Positions 50,553 through 61,613 of a stretch of DNA of 64,000 nucleotides are shown here, piece by piece. The stretch is from the NCBI GenBank assembly GCA_963774265.1, contig CAVZDU010000001.1, positions 96,001 to 160,000 of the forward strand, in the 5' to 3' direction. This DNA comes from an uncultured Chloroflexia bacterium. Lineage in GTDB: Bacteria; Chloroflexota; Anaerolineae; CG2-30-64-16. Below the pieces are notes generated by a model. The model saw only the letters and a list, made by a program, of their open reading frames with translations. It was not told where the DNA came from and searched no databases. Each line of letters opens with the position of its first letter. Position 1 is the stretch's first letter. A program made the position numbers and the translations under genes.

Positions 50553-51800
50553 GGGTACAACGCCTCCAGCCTGGGAAGGATAGCATCCCAACCATAGTAC
50601 GCTTCCACATACGCTCGCGCGGCCAGTCCCAACGCTGCCGCCTGCTCGCGCTCGCGCAGCAGTGTCGCTACACGCGCTGCAAAGGCCTTCGGCTCATCGG
50701 CGTAGGCCACCTCGCGTCCATCGGCAAACGGGAACCCATCGCAACCCAGGCGCGTCGACACGATCGCCTGTCCCATGGCCATGGCTTCCAGCACTTTCAG
50801 CACGCGTGCCCCCACCGATGCGCAGGGGCACGACATAGACTCCCGCTCCCGCGATGTAGGGTCGCGTGTCGGGCACACGCCCGGTGACGACGATGCCCGG
50901 GCGAGCACCTAACGCGACGACGCGGCTGTGGGGTTGCTGGCCGACGATATAGAAGCGGGTCTCCGGCGCCAGCTCCCTGATCAGCGGGAAGACCGCGTCT
51001 GCGAACCATGTCACGGCGTCGACGTTGGGCCGATAATCCATCTTGCCCGTGAAGACCAACGCATTTGCGCCCATCCCCGCGAGGGGCGGTGTAATTCCCG
51101 GCCGGTAGAACTCAAGATCAACGCCGTTCGGCACGACCATCACATCCAGCTCCGGGTCCAACCTGCGCAGCGCATCGCGGTCTGCCTCCGAGACTGCCAC
51201 CACGCGATCAGCCTGGCGGCAGACGTGGCGCTCGTACGCCGTCAGTTTGCGCCACTGGATCAACGAATAGGCCGCCGCCACCCAACGCCGCGGCCGGCGC
51301 ACATCCGTCAAGAACGCACGCTGCTGCAGCACATATTCGGCGTTGTGATCGTCGTAAATGAAGCGGGTTGCGCCTCCACCCCGCACCACCAGGCCTCGCA
51401 GCGCCAACATGTAGGGCGCCATTTCGATGCCCTCGACCTGAATCACGTCGTAGGGGGGCTGTGCGCGTCGAACCAGGGCCTTGATCCGATCGACCATTTG
51501 GGGCGTGTAGAGGCGCAACGCCATGTCGGGCAGGCGGCTGAGAAGGGTATCGCGTGCCCGATCCGCCAAGCGTACGCACCGGCTGAGGCAGCGCGAGGAT
51601 TTCAGGCGACAAGTCGGCCTGAGCAGATCGACCGATTCCTCTCCCGCGCCAGGCGCCAGGAAGGTGACGAGATCCACGGTGTGGTGTTTTGCCAAACCTG
51701 CCAGCAGATTGAAATTGCGAATCGTCGTGCCCTGGACAGCGCCGGTCAAGGCCGCCGGTGGCACGGGTGTCTGGGGAGTAAGGATCAGGATGCGCGCCAT
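50549..51800 (-). CDS. Glycosyltransferase family 4 (frameshift near 50800)
   Basis: PNGVD, GKMDYRPN, PLRIGGGTR/LKVLEAMAMG. Confidence 0.85.
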
Positions 51801-51855
51801 TGGGTCATCTCTGGCTTTATCTGGGGCGCCAAGTACAGTCGAAGATCATTCGACA

Positions 51856-52963
51856 CTAAGGCGCAACCCTGCGGTAAACGGCCATCGTTTGCTCGGCTGC
51901 GCGACGCCAGGAGAAGCTCGCAGCGCGCTGCAGTCCCTTCAGGCGTAAGCTCTCGCGCAGCTTTTCGTCGGTCAAAACGCGCCACAGAGCTACGGTGATC
52001 TCTTCGTCCTGCTGAGGATCGATCAGCATAGCCGCATCCCCGACCACTTCAGGCAAGCTGGACACATTGGAGACGATGACAGGTGTCCCGCAGGCCATGG
52101 CCTCAAGCGGGGTCAGGCCAAAACCTTCGTAAAACGCAGGATGCACCAGGCAGCGGGCTGCATTATAGAGATACGGTAGATCGTGTGCCTCGACGCGACC
52201 CAAAAAATGGGCGTGCTGCTTCAGATCGAGCTTAGTAACCAGGTCATAGACGTCGTCGCTCAACCAGCCCGGCGAACCGGCCAACACGAGCGCGGGTGTA
52301 AGCTTGTAGTCATCCCGCAGGCGCCGGTAGGCTCTCAGCAGTCCGCCGACATTCTTGCGGGGCTCGATGGTGGAGACGAAAAGGATGAACTCGTCCGGCA
52401 CACCGTACAATGCCTGCACCCGTTGTAACGCTTCGTCTCGCGGCATCGGGCGCATGCGTGGATCCGCGGCCTCATAGATGACGGTGATACAATCTTCGGG
52501 TGTGCCCAACATGCGCACCAGGTCATTCTTGGTGCTCTGTGAGACGGCGATGATGTGATCCGCCTGCCTGACCGCCCGATCGATCTGACCGTAGTACCGC
52601 GCAGCGTCTTTGGTGAGGAAGTGCGGGTAGATCAGGAAGGCCAGGTCGTGGATGGTGATGACGTTGCGGCCTCGATACCGCAAGGGTTGAATGAAATCGG
52701 GGCTATGAAACACATCGGTCTTAAGCTGGCCCACAACCCATGGCATCAGGAGCTGTTCCATCCGATGGTGACTCGGAACGCGGCGAATAGGCGACCTGGA
52801 CGTTGGCAGCGCTGACGAGGTGTTGCGGTTGGCGGCGATCCTGGAGCAGCGTAAACAGTTCTTGCGGGTAGGATTCGGCGAGCGCCTGCGTCAGCCGGAG
52901 CGTATACTCCCCGATGCCGGCGCGTGTATAATAGACCAGTCTTGCGTCGATGCCTACATGCAT
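51856..52963 (-). CDS. Glycosyltransferase family 4 (frameshift near 52780)
   Basis: MHVGIDARL...GIGEYT, TIHDL, EPRKN, YEGFGLTPLEAMACG. Confidence 0.85.
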
Positions 52964-53174
52964 GCGGGGCGGCCTCCGGCTCTTCTCCAAGAAAAACTAG
53001 CCCTCCGCCCCGGCTGTCCGAGATGGAGGGCTTCACTGACCCACGTCATCTGCGATAATATCACGGAGCGCGCAGGGCCGTCAAATAAAACCACTTATCG
53101 CCTCTTGTGCATCGGCACTTGTGCGACGGCACTTGTGCCGCTGTGTTATAATCCTTCTCAACAGGAGGGTTCGC

Positions 53175-53988
53175 ATGGGAGAAATTCTGAATTTTCTGTT
53201 GTCCGCAGGCGCGATCATCTTCGCCATCGCAGTGGTGGCCAGCTCGGCCATCAAGGTGGTGCAGGAGTACGAGCGCGGCGTCATCTTCCGCCTGGGCCGC
53301 CTGGTCGGGGCCAAGGGGCCCGGCCTCTTCTTCATCATCCCGATCATTGATCGGATGGTCAAAGTCGACTTGCGCGTGGTGACTCTCGACATCCCTGCAC
53401 AGGAGGCGATCACCAGGGACAACGTCACAATCCGCGTCAACGCCGTCGCCTATTTCAGGGTCGTGAATCCTCACGATGCGATTGTTAAGGTTGAGGACTT
53501 CCGCCGCGCAACCTTCCAGATCGCGCAGACCAGTCTGCGCTCGGTGCTCGGCCAGTCCGACCTGGACGATCTGCTTGCGCACCGAGACGAGATCAACGCC
53601 CGCTTAGCGAAGATCATCGACGAGCAGACCGAGCCCTGGGGCATCAAGGTCAGCATCGTCGAAGTGAAGGACGTCGAGCTCCCCGATACCATGAAACGCG
53701 CCATGGCGCGACAAGCTGAAGCCGAACGAGAAAAGCGTGCAAAGATCATCCATGCTGAGGGTGAGTTCGTAGCCTCCGAACAGCTCGACGAACGCGGCGC
53801 GAATCATCGCACAGGAGCCTGCCGCCATCCAGCTGCGCTATCTGCAGACGCTTACCGAAATCGCCGTGGAGAAGAACTCGACGATCTTGTTCCCTGTGCC
53901 CATCGAGTTCATGCGAGCCTTCAAGCTGAGCGGCACGGACAGTGGCGCGGATAGCGGCGCGGACAGCGGCGACAAACCCGCCGCCTGA
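53175..53988 (+). CDS. SPFH/band-7 (slipin, stomatin-like) protein (frameshift near 53788)
   Basis: [26 protein letters not shown], then QLRYLQTL in the shifted frame. Confidence 0.9.
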
Positions 53989-54010
53989 TTGCTGAGCACA
54001 AGGGCACCCT

Positions 54011-54637
54011 ATGAACAGCCCTGGCCGCGGACAGTGGCGGGGTTACGTTGGGATCAGTCTGTTTTGGTTGGCCGTCTTGGCCGGCGTGCTGCTGTTCACA
54101 CACCGGCCCGCGGCCCAACCGATTGAGATCCTGCCGCCGCCCACATCAGCGCCCACCGCGACGCCCTTGCCGACAGCGACGCCACGTCCGCTGCGGGTGG
54201 ACATCGCCGGCGCGGTGCGCGAGCCGTGTGTCTACACCCTGCCCCCTGGCAGCATCATCGCCGACGCCATCGCGGCCGCGGGTGGCCCCGCGGAGGACGC
54301 TGACCTCGACCGGATCAACAAGGCCATCGAATTGCAGGACGGCGTGCAGGTGTACGTGCCGCACATCGCCGAAACACCGCCCGCGCCTGCCCTCTCACCT
54401 TCAGGGGCGGCAGCCCAACCGGCCGAGCGCTCCGCACCCGCCGTTGTTCTCCCCGGGCTGATCGACCTCAACACCGCAACGCTCGCGGAACTGGAAACCC
54501 TGCCCGGCATCGGCCCAAAGATCGCGCAGTTGATCGTCGATGGCCGGCCGTACGCTCAGCCGGAGGACCTGTTGGACGTCAAGGGCATCGGCCCCGCGAC
54601 GCTGGCGAAGATCAAGAATCTGGTGACCGTGCGATAG
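54011..54637 (+). CDS. comEA: ComEA-family DNA receptor
   Basis: TM anchor, SLBB domain VDIAGAV, HhH domain IDLNTAT..LETLPGIG. Confidence 0.88.
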   Translation: MNSPGRGQWRGYVGISLFWLAVLAGVLLFTHRPAAQPIEILPPPTSAPTATPLPTATPRPLRVDIAGAVREPCVYTLPPGSIIADAIAAAGGPAEDADLDRINKAIELQDGVQVYVPHIAETPPAPALSPSGAAAQPAERSAPAVVLPGLIDLNTATLAELETLPGIGPKIAQLIVDGRPYAQPEDLLDVKGIGPATLAKIKNLVTVR

Positions 54638-54742
54638 GCGAAGGAATATATAGGAAAAGTCACATAACAATCGTAAGCAATATCACTGGATTGAACCAGG
54701 AGGGGGACTACCATAGAGCCAGATTCTTCCTCCTCCTTTGCG

Positions 54743-54784
54743 CACGAAGGCCGGGGTCACCAGTCAACCCCGGCCTTCGTGTTT
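54743..54784. terminator. Strong terminator between comEA and nitroreductase
   Basis: CACGAAGGCCGGGGT / ACCCCGGCCTTCGTG perfect 15-bp stem followed by TTT. Confidence 0.75.
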
Positions 54785-54809
54785 AATCCCGGTTACTTCA
54801 TCCCAGAGA

Positions 54810-55322
54810 CTAGAGCGAGCGCACCAACTCCGACAGAGGTCGCCGTGATGTCGCCGCAGGGACCTCAGCGGCATATCCGATCGGCAGCACTGCCACAGGT
54901 ATCCAATCCGGCGGCGCACCCACCGCGGTTGTAACTGCGACGGGATCGAACGCCCCCACCCATACGGTGCCAAGACCCAGGTCGGTCGCTGCCAGCATGG
55001 CATAGGTGACGGCAATCGTGGCATCTTGCACCGCATACAATTCCTTGCCACGGGCGCCATACTTGCGCGCCGAGCGGCCAGGATTCGCGAAGAACACCAG
55101 GATCACAGGCGCCTCGGCGATGAACGACTGGTTAGCCGCACGCGCCAGTCCCGCGCGGGCGCGCGTAGCCGTCACATGGTAAATCTCGTAGGCCTGCAGA
55201 TTGCCGGCGGAAGGTGCAATGTTCGCCAGCCCCAAAATCCGATTTACCTTCTCCGTCTCAACCGGTTTGGCCTCAAATGCGCGCACAGAACGACGCGCTC
55301 GAATCAACTCTGTGAATTCCAT
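54810..55322 (-). CDS. Nitroreductase family protein
   Basis: RRSVRAF, APSAGNLQ, LGLGTVWVG; AAGGAGG RBS. Confidence 0.9.
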   Translation of the reverse strand: MEFTELIRARRSVRAFEAKPVETEKVNRILGLANIAPSAGNLQAYEIYHVTATRARAGLARAANQSFIAEAPVILVFFANPGRSARKYGARGKELYAVQDATIAVTYAMLAATDLGLGTVWVGAFDPVAVTTAVGAPPDWIPVAVLPIGYAAEVPAATSRRPLSELVRSL

Positions 55323-55376
55323 CGGCGCCTCCTTGTGGTGTCCACATAATACCATATTTTGCCACAGACGACGCAG

Positions 55377-56129
55377 CTATTTTGGCGGGCTGTCCCGGCG
55401 ATCCGCGCTCAGTGACTTTCGCCGTCCACGTCCACCGATCCGCGCCATGAGCGCTGCCTGCCATACGTCGCCATACCGCCAAAAAAGAACCAGCACCACG
55501 AGTCCCAGGACGCTGAGAACGATCCACACGGGCCAGGGTATCTGCTCCGCGCTGGCGCCAAGCCAGACCGCCGCCGCTAACCCGGGAAACCGCGCGACGG
55601 CAGCCATCGGCAAGAGCACCCGCAGCGGCAAGGTGGTCAATCCGGCCACGAAGCAGAGCACGTCGTCGGGCAAGCCGGGGATCAGGAAGAACAGGAAGAA
55701 GAAACCCAACCCTTTACCCGTCGCCAATCGATCCACCCGATCGAGCACCTTCCGCGCTGACCAATCGCTCGATCAGGGGCCGCCCCGCAACCCGCGCCAG
55801 CAACATGGCCAGCCCGGTCCCCAACACCAGCCCCATCCAACTGTATGCTGTCCCCGCCCATGGGCCGTACAGATACCCTGCCACGAAATTGATCATCTGG
55901 CCGGGGATCGGCGCGACGATCGTCTGCCCGATGGCCAGGCCGATCAGGACCAGCGGACCCCACGCCCCCGCGCCCGGATCTCTTCGACGACCCGCTCTCG
56001 GTTCGCAAACGCCAGGCCGATATCCTCCCGCCACAACACCAGCGGCGCCACCAGCGCCACCACCACGGCGGCGATCATGGCGGCCCGCAACCAAATCGGC
56101 CACGGAGCAGTCTCCCGACCCCCGGTCAT
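55377..56129 (-). CDS. TVP38/TMEM64 (DedA/VTT) membrane protein (2 frameshifts)
   Basis: QTIVAPIPGQ...AGYLYG and FLIPGLPDDVLCFVAGL in successive frames. Confidence 0.8.
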
Positions 56130-56165
56130 TTTTATCTCGCTCCCCTACCTACTATAATGCGGCGC

Positions 56166-57748
56166 ATGTATGCGCACATGTCACATGACATCAATCGCCC
56201 TTACCTGTATCTGCTCGTTTTCACTGCCGGCTTCACAACTCTCGGCGTCGAGTTGAGCGCCTCACGGCTGCTCGATCCCTGGTTCGGCAACTCGCTCCTG
56301 GTCTGGGCCAGCCTCATCGGCCTGATCCTGCTCTACCTGACCCTTGGCGCCTGGCTCGGTGGGCGGATCGCCGACCGCTGGCCCCAGCCGCTGGTCCTGC
56401 TTCGGCTTGCCGCGGTGGCCGCGTTCGCGGTTGGGCTGATCCCTACGATCTCGCGCCCCGTCTTGCGCCTCGCCAGCCTGGGCCTCGACAGCTTCGACGT
56501 GGGGCTGCTGGGCGGGAGCATGGCAGCAATCCTGGTTCTCTTCGCCGTTCCGGTCACCTTGCTTGGCTGCGTCAGCCCATTTGCCGTACGGCTGGCCATC
56601 CGCGATGTGCGTGGCAGCGGCGGGGTCGCCGGCCGCATTTCCGCCCTGTCTACCGCCGGCAGCATCGCGGGCAGCTTTCTCCCGGTCCTGCTGCTGATCC
56701 CCTCAATCGGCACCCGGCGCACGTTCGCGCTGTTGTCCCTGGCGCTGCTGCTCGTGGTCCTGGCCGGCCTGCTCCGAAACCGCCGGACCATCGACGCCGT
56801 CCTCCTTGTGGCCGGCGCAGCGCTCGTCGTCTGGCTTGGATTCCGTCCGGCCGGTCCGCTGAAAGACACAGCGGGTCTCGTCTACGAGACAGAATCCGCC
56901 TTCAACTATATTCAAGTGCTCGACCTCGGCGTCGAGCGTCAGTTACGGCTCAACGAAGGCGAGGGCATTCACTCGGTCTATCGCCCCGCGGGGGGACTGG
57001 CTGACGGCATCTGGGATTATTTTCTCCTCGCCCCTGCGTTCAACCCTGCGCCCTACTCCCCGGCGGATGTGCACCGGGTTGCTGTGGTGGGCCTCGCTGC
57101 AGGGACAATGGCCCATCTCTTCACGGATGCCTACGGCCCGGTGACGTTGGAGGGCGCAGAGCTGGATCCCGAAATCATCGAGACAGGCCGCGCCTGGTTC
57201 GACATGAACATGCCCAACCTCACCGCCTACCCGATCGACGGTCGCCGGTTTCTTGCACGCCCTCCAGAAGGTGCGTCAGGGGCCGCTCCCTTCGACCTGA
57301 TCACTGTCGACGCCTATCGGCCGCCTTACATCCCGTTCCACCTGACCACGGTCGAGTTTTTCGCGCTCTGACCCGAGACCGCCTCGGGAAGCACGGGGTG
57401 GTCGCGGTCAACGTTGGCCGCACGCACACAGACTACAGTCTTGTCGATGCCATCGCCGCGACGATGCAAGCCGTCTTCCCATCCGTTTACATTGTGGACG
57501 TGCCCGATGAGGGCAGTCTCCTCGGTAACAGCCTCGTGATAGCCACCAACCAGCCAACCACGCTGGCCGATCTGCAGGCTAACCTGCCCGCTTTCAAAGC
57601 GGGCCTGCTCGGCCAGGTTGCGGCCAAGGTCGCGCCCGCCGCACGCGTCGCAACCCCGCAGGCCAACACACCTATCTTCACCGATGACCGCGCGCCCGTC
57701 GAGCAGGTTGTCCACGCCCTCGTGCTCAAGTATATGCTCGGTGATTGA
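56166..57748 (+). CDS. Fused MFS-like membrane / spermidine synthase-like protein (frameshift near 57368)
   Basis: WFGNSLLVW TM region, ESAFNYIQV, VGLAAG, VDAYRPPYIPFHLTT, FTDDRAPVE. Confidence 0.85.
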
Positions 57749-57757
57749 AAAAACCGT

Positions 57758-58453
57758 TCAAGGTGACGGAGTTTCGGGCGGGGCCAGGAAGCACAAGATG
57801 CCATTGATGATGCCTCTCGCCGCACGATCAGGCTGCCCGGTGAGCAGTTTGCGGTCGGCGCTCAGAAATCCCAGCTCGATGATGGAGGCCGGTGTGTGCG
57901 AGGAGATTTCGCGGAATGCATGGTAACGGGTCATGTTGAGCGTGATTGTGGAGGGATGGCGGCTGAGGCCAGTGGCAGCCTCATACTCATCCCACAAGCA
58001 CGTCGTCAGCCGCACGGACGCCTCGCTGCCGCCTTCTTCGTTGGCTGCTTTGAAGCCGCTGAAGTCTACCTGGCACGAATCTGAGTGAATCGAGACGAGC
58101 GCGTCGGCCCGGTAACCGGACAGCCGGCGGTCGAACTCCTCCAGGATTTCGACGCGCATCCCTCGCCTGCGCAGACCCTCCGCCGCAAGCTCGGCCACGC
58201 GCAGATTGACCTCGGCCTCCGTCAACCCATCCGGGCACACTGCCCCGGAATCGTTGCCGGAATGGCCCGCGATCAGCCCAATCTGCAGGCCGTCTGCCGG
58301 TTCGGCGGCCGCGAACAGAAATTGCAGCCAGGCGGGTCCGACACCCCGTGCAGATATCTGTTCGGCCACCCAGATGCCCGCCAGGATAACAACCGCGAGC
58401 ACCAACAGGGATGCCGTGCGCGAACGTTGTGGCTTTTTATTGCGGTTTGGCAT
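57758..58453 (-). CDS. N-acetylmuramoyl-L-alanine amidase (Amidase_3)
   Basis: IAGH..NDSGA, TEAEVNL, VSIHSD, IIELGFL. Confidence 0.85.
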   Translation of the reverse strand: MPNRNKKPQRSRTASLLVLAVVILAGIWVAEQISARGVGPAWLQFLFAAAEPADGLQIGLIAGHSGNDSGAVCPDGLTEAEVNLRVAELAAEGLRRRGMRVEILEEFDRRLSGYRADALVSIHSDSCQVDFSGFKAANEEGGSEASVRLTTCLWDEYEAATGLSRHPSTITLNMTRYHAFREISSHTPASIIELGFLSADRKLLTGQPDRAARGIINGILCFLAPPETPSP

Positions 58454-58608
58454 ACGGACAGATCATAGCCATAAGCTCCCGTTTGCGCAACTGGATCGAC
58501 GTAAAAGTGAGCTGCTTTCATGGCCGGGCGGAGGGGCCTTCTTTTGACTTTTAGCCCCCACGCGGGTATATTGGTTCGGCTTATCAACAAATCGAGGACC
58601 TACCTCTT

Positions 58609-59547
58609 ATGAGTGAGCTTGGGCGCCTGTTGACGGAGGCGCGCGCGGCAAAGGCGCTCAGCCTGGCCGATGTCGAGTCTGTAACGCGCATCCGTCAGAA
58701 ATGGCTGGAGGCGCTGGAAAACGGCGAATACAGTAAGCTGCCGCGCGGCGCCGTAGCCCGGGGTTTTCTGCGCACTTATGCAGCTTATCTCGGCCTGGAC
58801 ACCCAGGCAGCGTTAAGCCTTTACACCAGCGAAAGCGGTGATGCGGGTGACGATGTCGCGATTGCCGAGCCGGGCAAACCGCGCCTGGTCGACTACCGGC
58901 CGCTCGAAGTCGAGCTGATCGACGAACGCCCCGACGATGGGTGGGTTCGCTGGCTCGTGGCATTGGTGCTTGTCGCTGCTTTGGCCGGCAGTGCGTGGTG
59001 GTTCCTGGGCCGCAATCCTGGCTGGAATCCCTTCGCCGCAGCCCCCGCTCCAGCTCCAACCGCCACAAACACGCCTACTGCGACGCCGTGGGTCGTCACT
59101 GCCACCCCACAAGCAACGATTACCCTTCCCGTGGCGGAGGCGCTGGCCACGTCCGACATCCTGCCGCTGCCCACGCCGACGGTTCCCGCGTCAGCCACCC
59201 CCACGCCCCGGCCAACTGCGACGCCGGAGTTTGTGGCCAGCATCGCCCTTGAAGTGCAGGCAGTTCAACGTTCCTGGATCAGGGTCACGGTGGATGGCGA
59301 GGTGGCTGAAGAAGGCTTCCTCGATGCCAACGCGACGCGCGTCTGGGAAGCCAACAAATCAGTCACCCTGCGCACCGGCAATGGTGGCGGGATAACACTT
59401 AGGCTCAATGGCCAGGACCTCGGGCCGATGGGTACTGTGGGGCAGGTGGTGGAGCGGAGCTGGGCCGTGGCGGACACCGGGGAAGTGCTCGAAGCGGGCA
59501 GCGTCACGCCTGAGCCGGTGACCCCAACCACGACGCCTGCCGGCTGA
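58609..59547 (+). CDS. rodZ: RodZ-like protein (HTH, TM, DUF4115)
   Basis: GFLRTYAAYLGLD, single TM, SWIRVTVDG...LRTGNGGG. Confidence 0.85.
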   Translation: MSELGRLLTEARAAKALSLADVESVTRIRQKWLEALENGEYSKLPRGAVARGFLRTYAAYLGLDTQAALSLYTSESGDAGDDVAIAEPGKPRLVDYRPLEVELIDERPDDGWVRWLVALVLVAALAGSAWWFLGRNPGWNPFAAAPAPAPTATNTPTATPWVVTATPQATITLPVAEALATSDILPLPTPTVPASATPTPRPTATPEFVASIALEVQAVQRSWIRVTVDGEVAEEGFLDANATRVWEANKSVTLRTGNGGGITLRLNGQDLGPMGTVGQVVERSWAVADTGEVLEAGSVTPEPVTPTTTPAG

Positions 59548-59633
59548 GAACCTGCCAGATCGTATTCAGTGGGTAGCGGGCCACAGTCCGCTGCCCGCTC
59601 TTTGTTTATGGCGCTCTGCGTCAGTTGGGACAA

Positions 59634-61043
59634 ATGAAGTACTATCTATTAACCTTGGGTTGCCCTAAGAATACGGTCGACAGCGAAGGCATCGCGATGC
59701 TGTTGAGCGGCGCAGGTTACCGTGGCACCGCCGTGCCCGACGACGCCGATGTGCTGATCGTCAACACCTGCGGCTTCCTGGAGGCCGCGGAGGAAGAGTC
59801 GCTGGCCAATTTGCGCGAGCTCGCGGAAACCAAGCGCCGCGGCCAGGTGTTGATCGCAGCCGGCTGCATGGCCCAGCGCAACGGCAGCCGCATCGTGCAG
59901 GAAGTGCCGGGCGTCGATGGGTTGCTGGGCACGCGACGTTGGATGGAGGTTGTGCCGTTCATCAAGGCGCTCCGCCAGGGTCTGCACGACACGCCGGGCG
60001 CAGCCGGACGCGGATTTGGCCGCTACTCGCTGCTCGGTGATCCGGAGCGCCCGCTGGCCGGCGCCATGCCGCGGCCGGCCGTGCTGAACGGCAGCGCGTA
60101 TCTCAAGATCAGCGATGGCTGCAACGCACCCTGCGCCTTCTGCACCATCCCTTCGTTCAAAGGCAAGCTGGCAAGCCGTCCCGCCGAGGCGATCATCGCG
60201 GAGGCGCGTACCCTGGTCGCTTCCGGTGCAGAGGAGTTGATCCTCATCGCCCAGGACACGACCGACTACGGCCGGGATTTGGGCCAACCCGACTCGCTCC
60301 CCGGCTTGATCTCCAACATCCTCAGCGCCACGCCGGCGCTGCGTTGGCTGCGCCTGATGTACGCCTACCCGGGCCACGTCTCCGACCGGCTGATCGAGGT
60401 CATGGCTTCGGATCCACGCGTATGCCACTATCTGGACATCCCCCTGCAACACGGCCATCCTGCGGTTCTGCGCCGCATGTTCCGGCCCAGCAACACAGAC
60501 AAATTGTTGGAGACATTCGCCAGGATGCGCAGCGCCATGCCTGACATGGCCTTCCGCAGCACCTTTATTATCGGCCTGCCCGGTGAGACCGAGGAGGAGT
60601 TCGCGGGGCTGCTCGACTTCGTGCAGGCCATCCAGTTCGACAAGGTCGGCGTCTTCCCCTTCAGCCCCGAACCCGGTACGCCGGCCTTCGACATGCCGGA
60701 TCAGGTGGCCGAGGACGTGAAGATGGAACGGCATGACAGGGTGATGGCGCTCCAACAGCGCATCTCGCTTGCCCGCAACCAGGCCCAGGTCGGCCGGACG
60801 CTGGACGTGTTGGTTGAGGCGCATGGGGAGATGGAGGGAATGTCGCCTGCAGGCACAGGCAAACACGGGCAGCGGGGTAAGTTGCGCCGCCAGCCGGTGT
60901 CTCTGGCGCGCAGCTACCGCGATGCGCCCGAAGTCGACGGCCTCGTCGTCATCCCGGGCGTCCTCCCCTTGGGTAAATTGGCCGCCGCCCGCATCACCGG
61001 GGCCATCGAATACGATCTTGTGGGCGAGGCGACCGCCGGTTAA
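59634..61043 (+). CDS. rimO: Ribosomal protein S12 methylthiotransferase
   Basis: LGCPKNTVDSE, CNAPCAFC radical-SAM motif, DAPEVDG TRAM. Confidence 0.95.
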   Translation: MKYYLLTLGCPKNTVDSEGIAMLLSGAGYRGTAVPDDADVLIVNTCGFLEAAEEESLANLRELAETKRRGQVLIAAGCMAQRNGSRIVQEVPGVDGLLGTRRWMEVVPFIKALRQGLHDTPGAAGRGFGRYSLLGDPERPLAGAMPRPAVLNGSAYLKISDGCNAPCAFCTIPSFKGKLASRPAEAIIAEARTLVASGAEELILIAQDTTDYGRDLGQPDSLPGLISNILSATPALRWLRLMYAYPGHVSDRLIEVMASDPRVCHYLDIPLQHGHPAVLRRMFRPSNTDKLLETFARMRSAMPDMAFRSTFIIGLPGETEEEFAGLLDFVQAIQFDKVGVFPFSPEPGTPAFDMPDQVAEDVKMERHDRVMALQQRISLARNQAQVGRTLDVLVEAHGEMEGMSPAGTGKHGQRGKLRRQPVSLARSYRDAPEVDGLVVIPGVLPLGKLAAARITGAIEYDLVGEATAG

Positions 61044-61047
61044 GAAC

Positions 61048-61080
61048 ACGTGCCGGGCACTTGCGAAGTGCCCGGCACGT
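61048..61080. repeat. Perfect palindrome (REP-like element or bidirectional terminator)
   Basis: ACGTGCCGGGCACTT-GCG-AAGTGCCCGGCACGT between convergent genes. Confidence 0.7.
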
Positions 61081-61121
61081 AATGGACAGAGCATCCGGCA
61101 TGCCCTTGAGCCGGACGGCGT

Positions 61122-61493
61122 CTACTCAATCACACGATACTCGCCGTCCACCGTCTGACCTGCGTGCGGGGCCTTGGGCGCCTGTGAATCGCCGGGCGCG
61201 CCCGCAAGCGCATCCCGGTGTGCCTGCACCAGCCACTTCGGGCACGTGTCCACAAACAGCTTCATCGCCAGGGCAATCAGCGCCAGGTCGTCCAGTTGTC
61301 CCACAACCGGGAACACATCAGGCAGCAGATCCGCGGGAAACAGCAGATAGGCCACGGCGAGGCCGGGGATGATCAGCTTGCTTGCGCCCGAAACGCGCGG
61401 GTCGCGGAACAGACGCCACGCCAGGCGCGCATTACGCACCACTTCTGTGAGCAGGCCGGCCTTCTTACCTGCCGAACCAACCGGATTTTCCAT
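61122..61493 (-). CDS. YkvA/DUF1232 family protein
   Basis: YLLFPADLLPDVFPVVGQLDDL. Confidence 0.88.
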   Translation of the reverse strand: MENPVGSAGKKAGLLTEVVRNARLAWRLFRDPRVSGASKLIIPGLAVAYLLFPADLLPDVFPVVGQLDDLALIALAMKLFVDTCPKWLVQAHRDALAGAPGDSQAPKAPHAGQTVDGEYRVIE

Positions 61494-61613
61494 GATCGAA
61501 CTCTTAACCTCCCAACGGCCCCATGCTAGTGTACTATTATCGTTATATCAACTTACTATTAGAATTACGTTTCTGACGCCCATTTTGTTTCATGCGGGTG
61601 TCAGCCTCCCGCC

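Noticed and set aside
53935-53973. 12-bp tandem repeat (DSGA x3) at the slipin C-terminus
   Set aside because: A short low-complexity tail with no evident function.
57369-57371. TGA in the spermidine-synthase-like gene as selenocysteine (selB is present)
   Set aside because: Homology resumes in a different frame (LTRDRLGKHGVVAVNV), so this is an indel and not read-through.
9632-57748. Many frameshifted genes (kbl, hppA, pfkB, hutU, glnA, GT4s, slipin, TVP38) as programmed frameshifts or pseudogenes
   Set aside because: The small indels fall in otherwise intact conserved genes, cluster regionally and lack slippery-site signals. They are best explained as long-read consensus errors.
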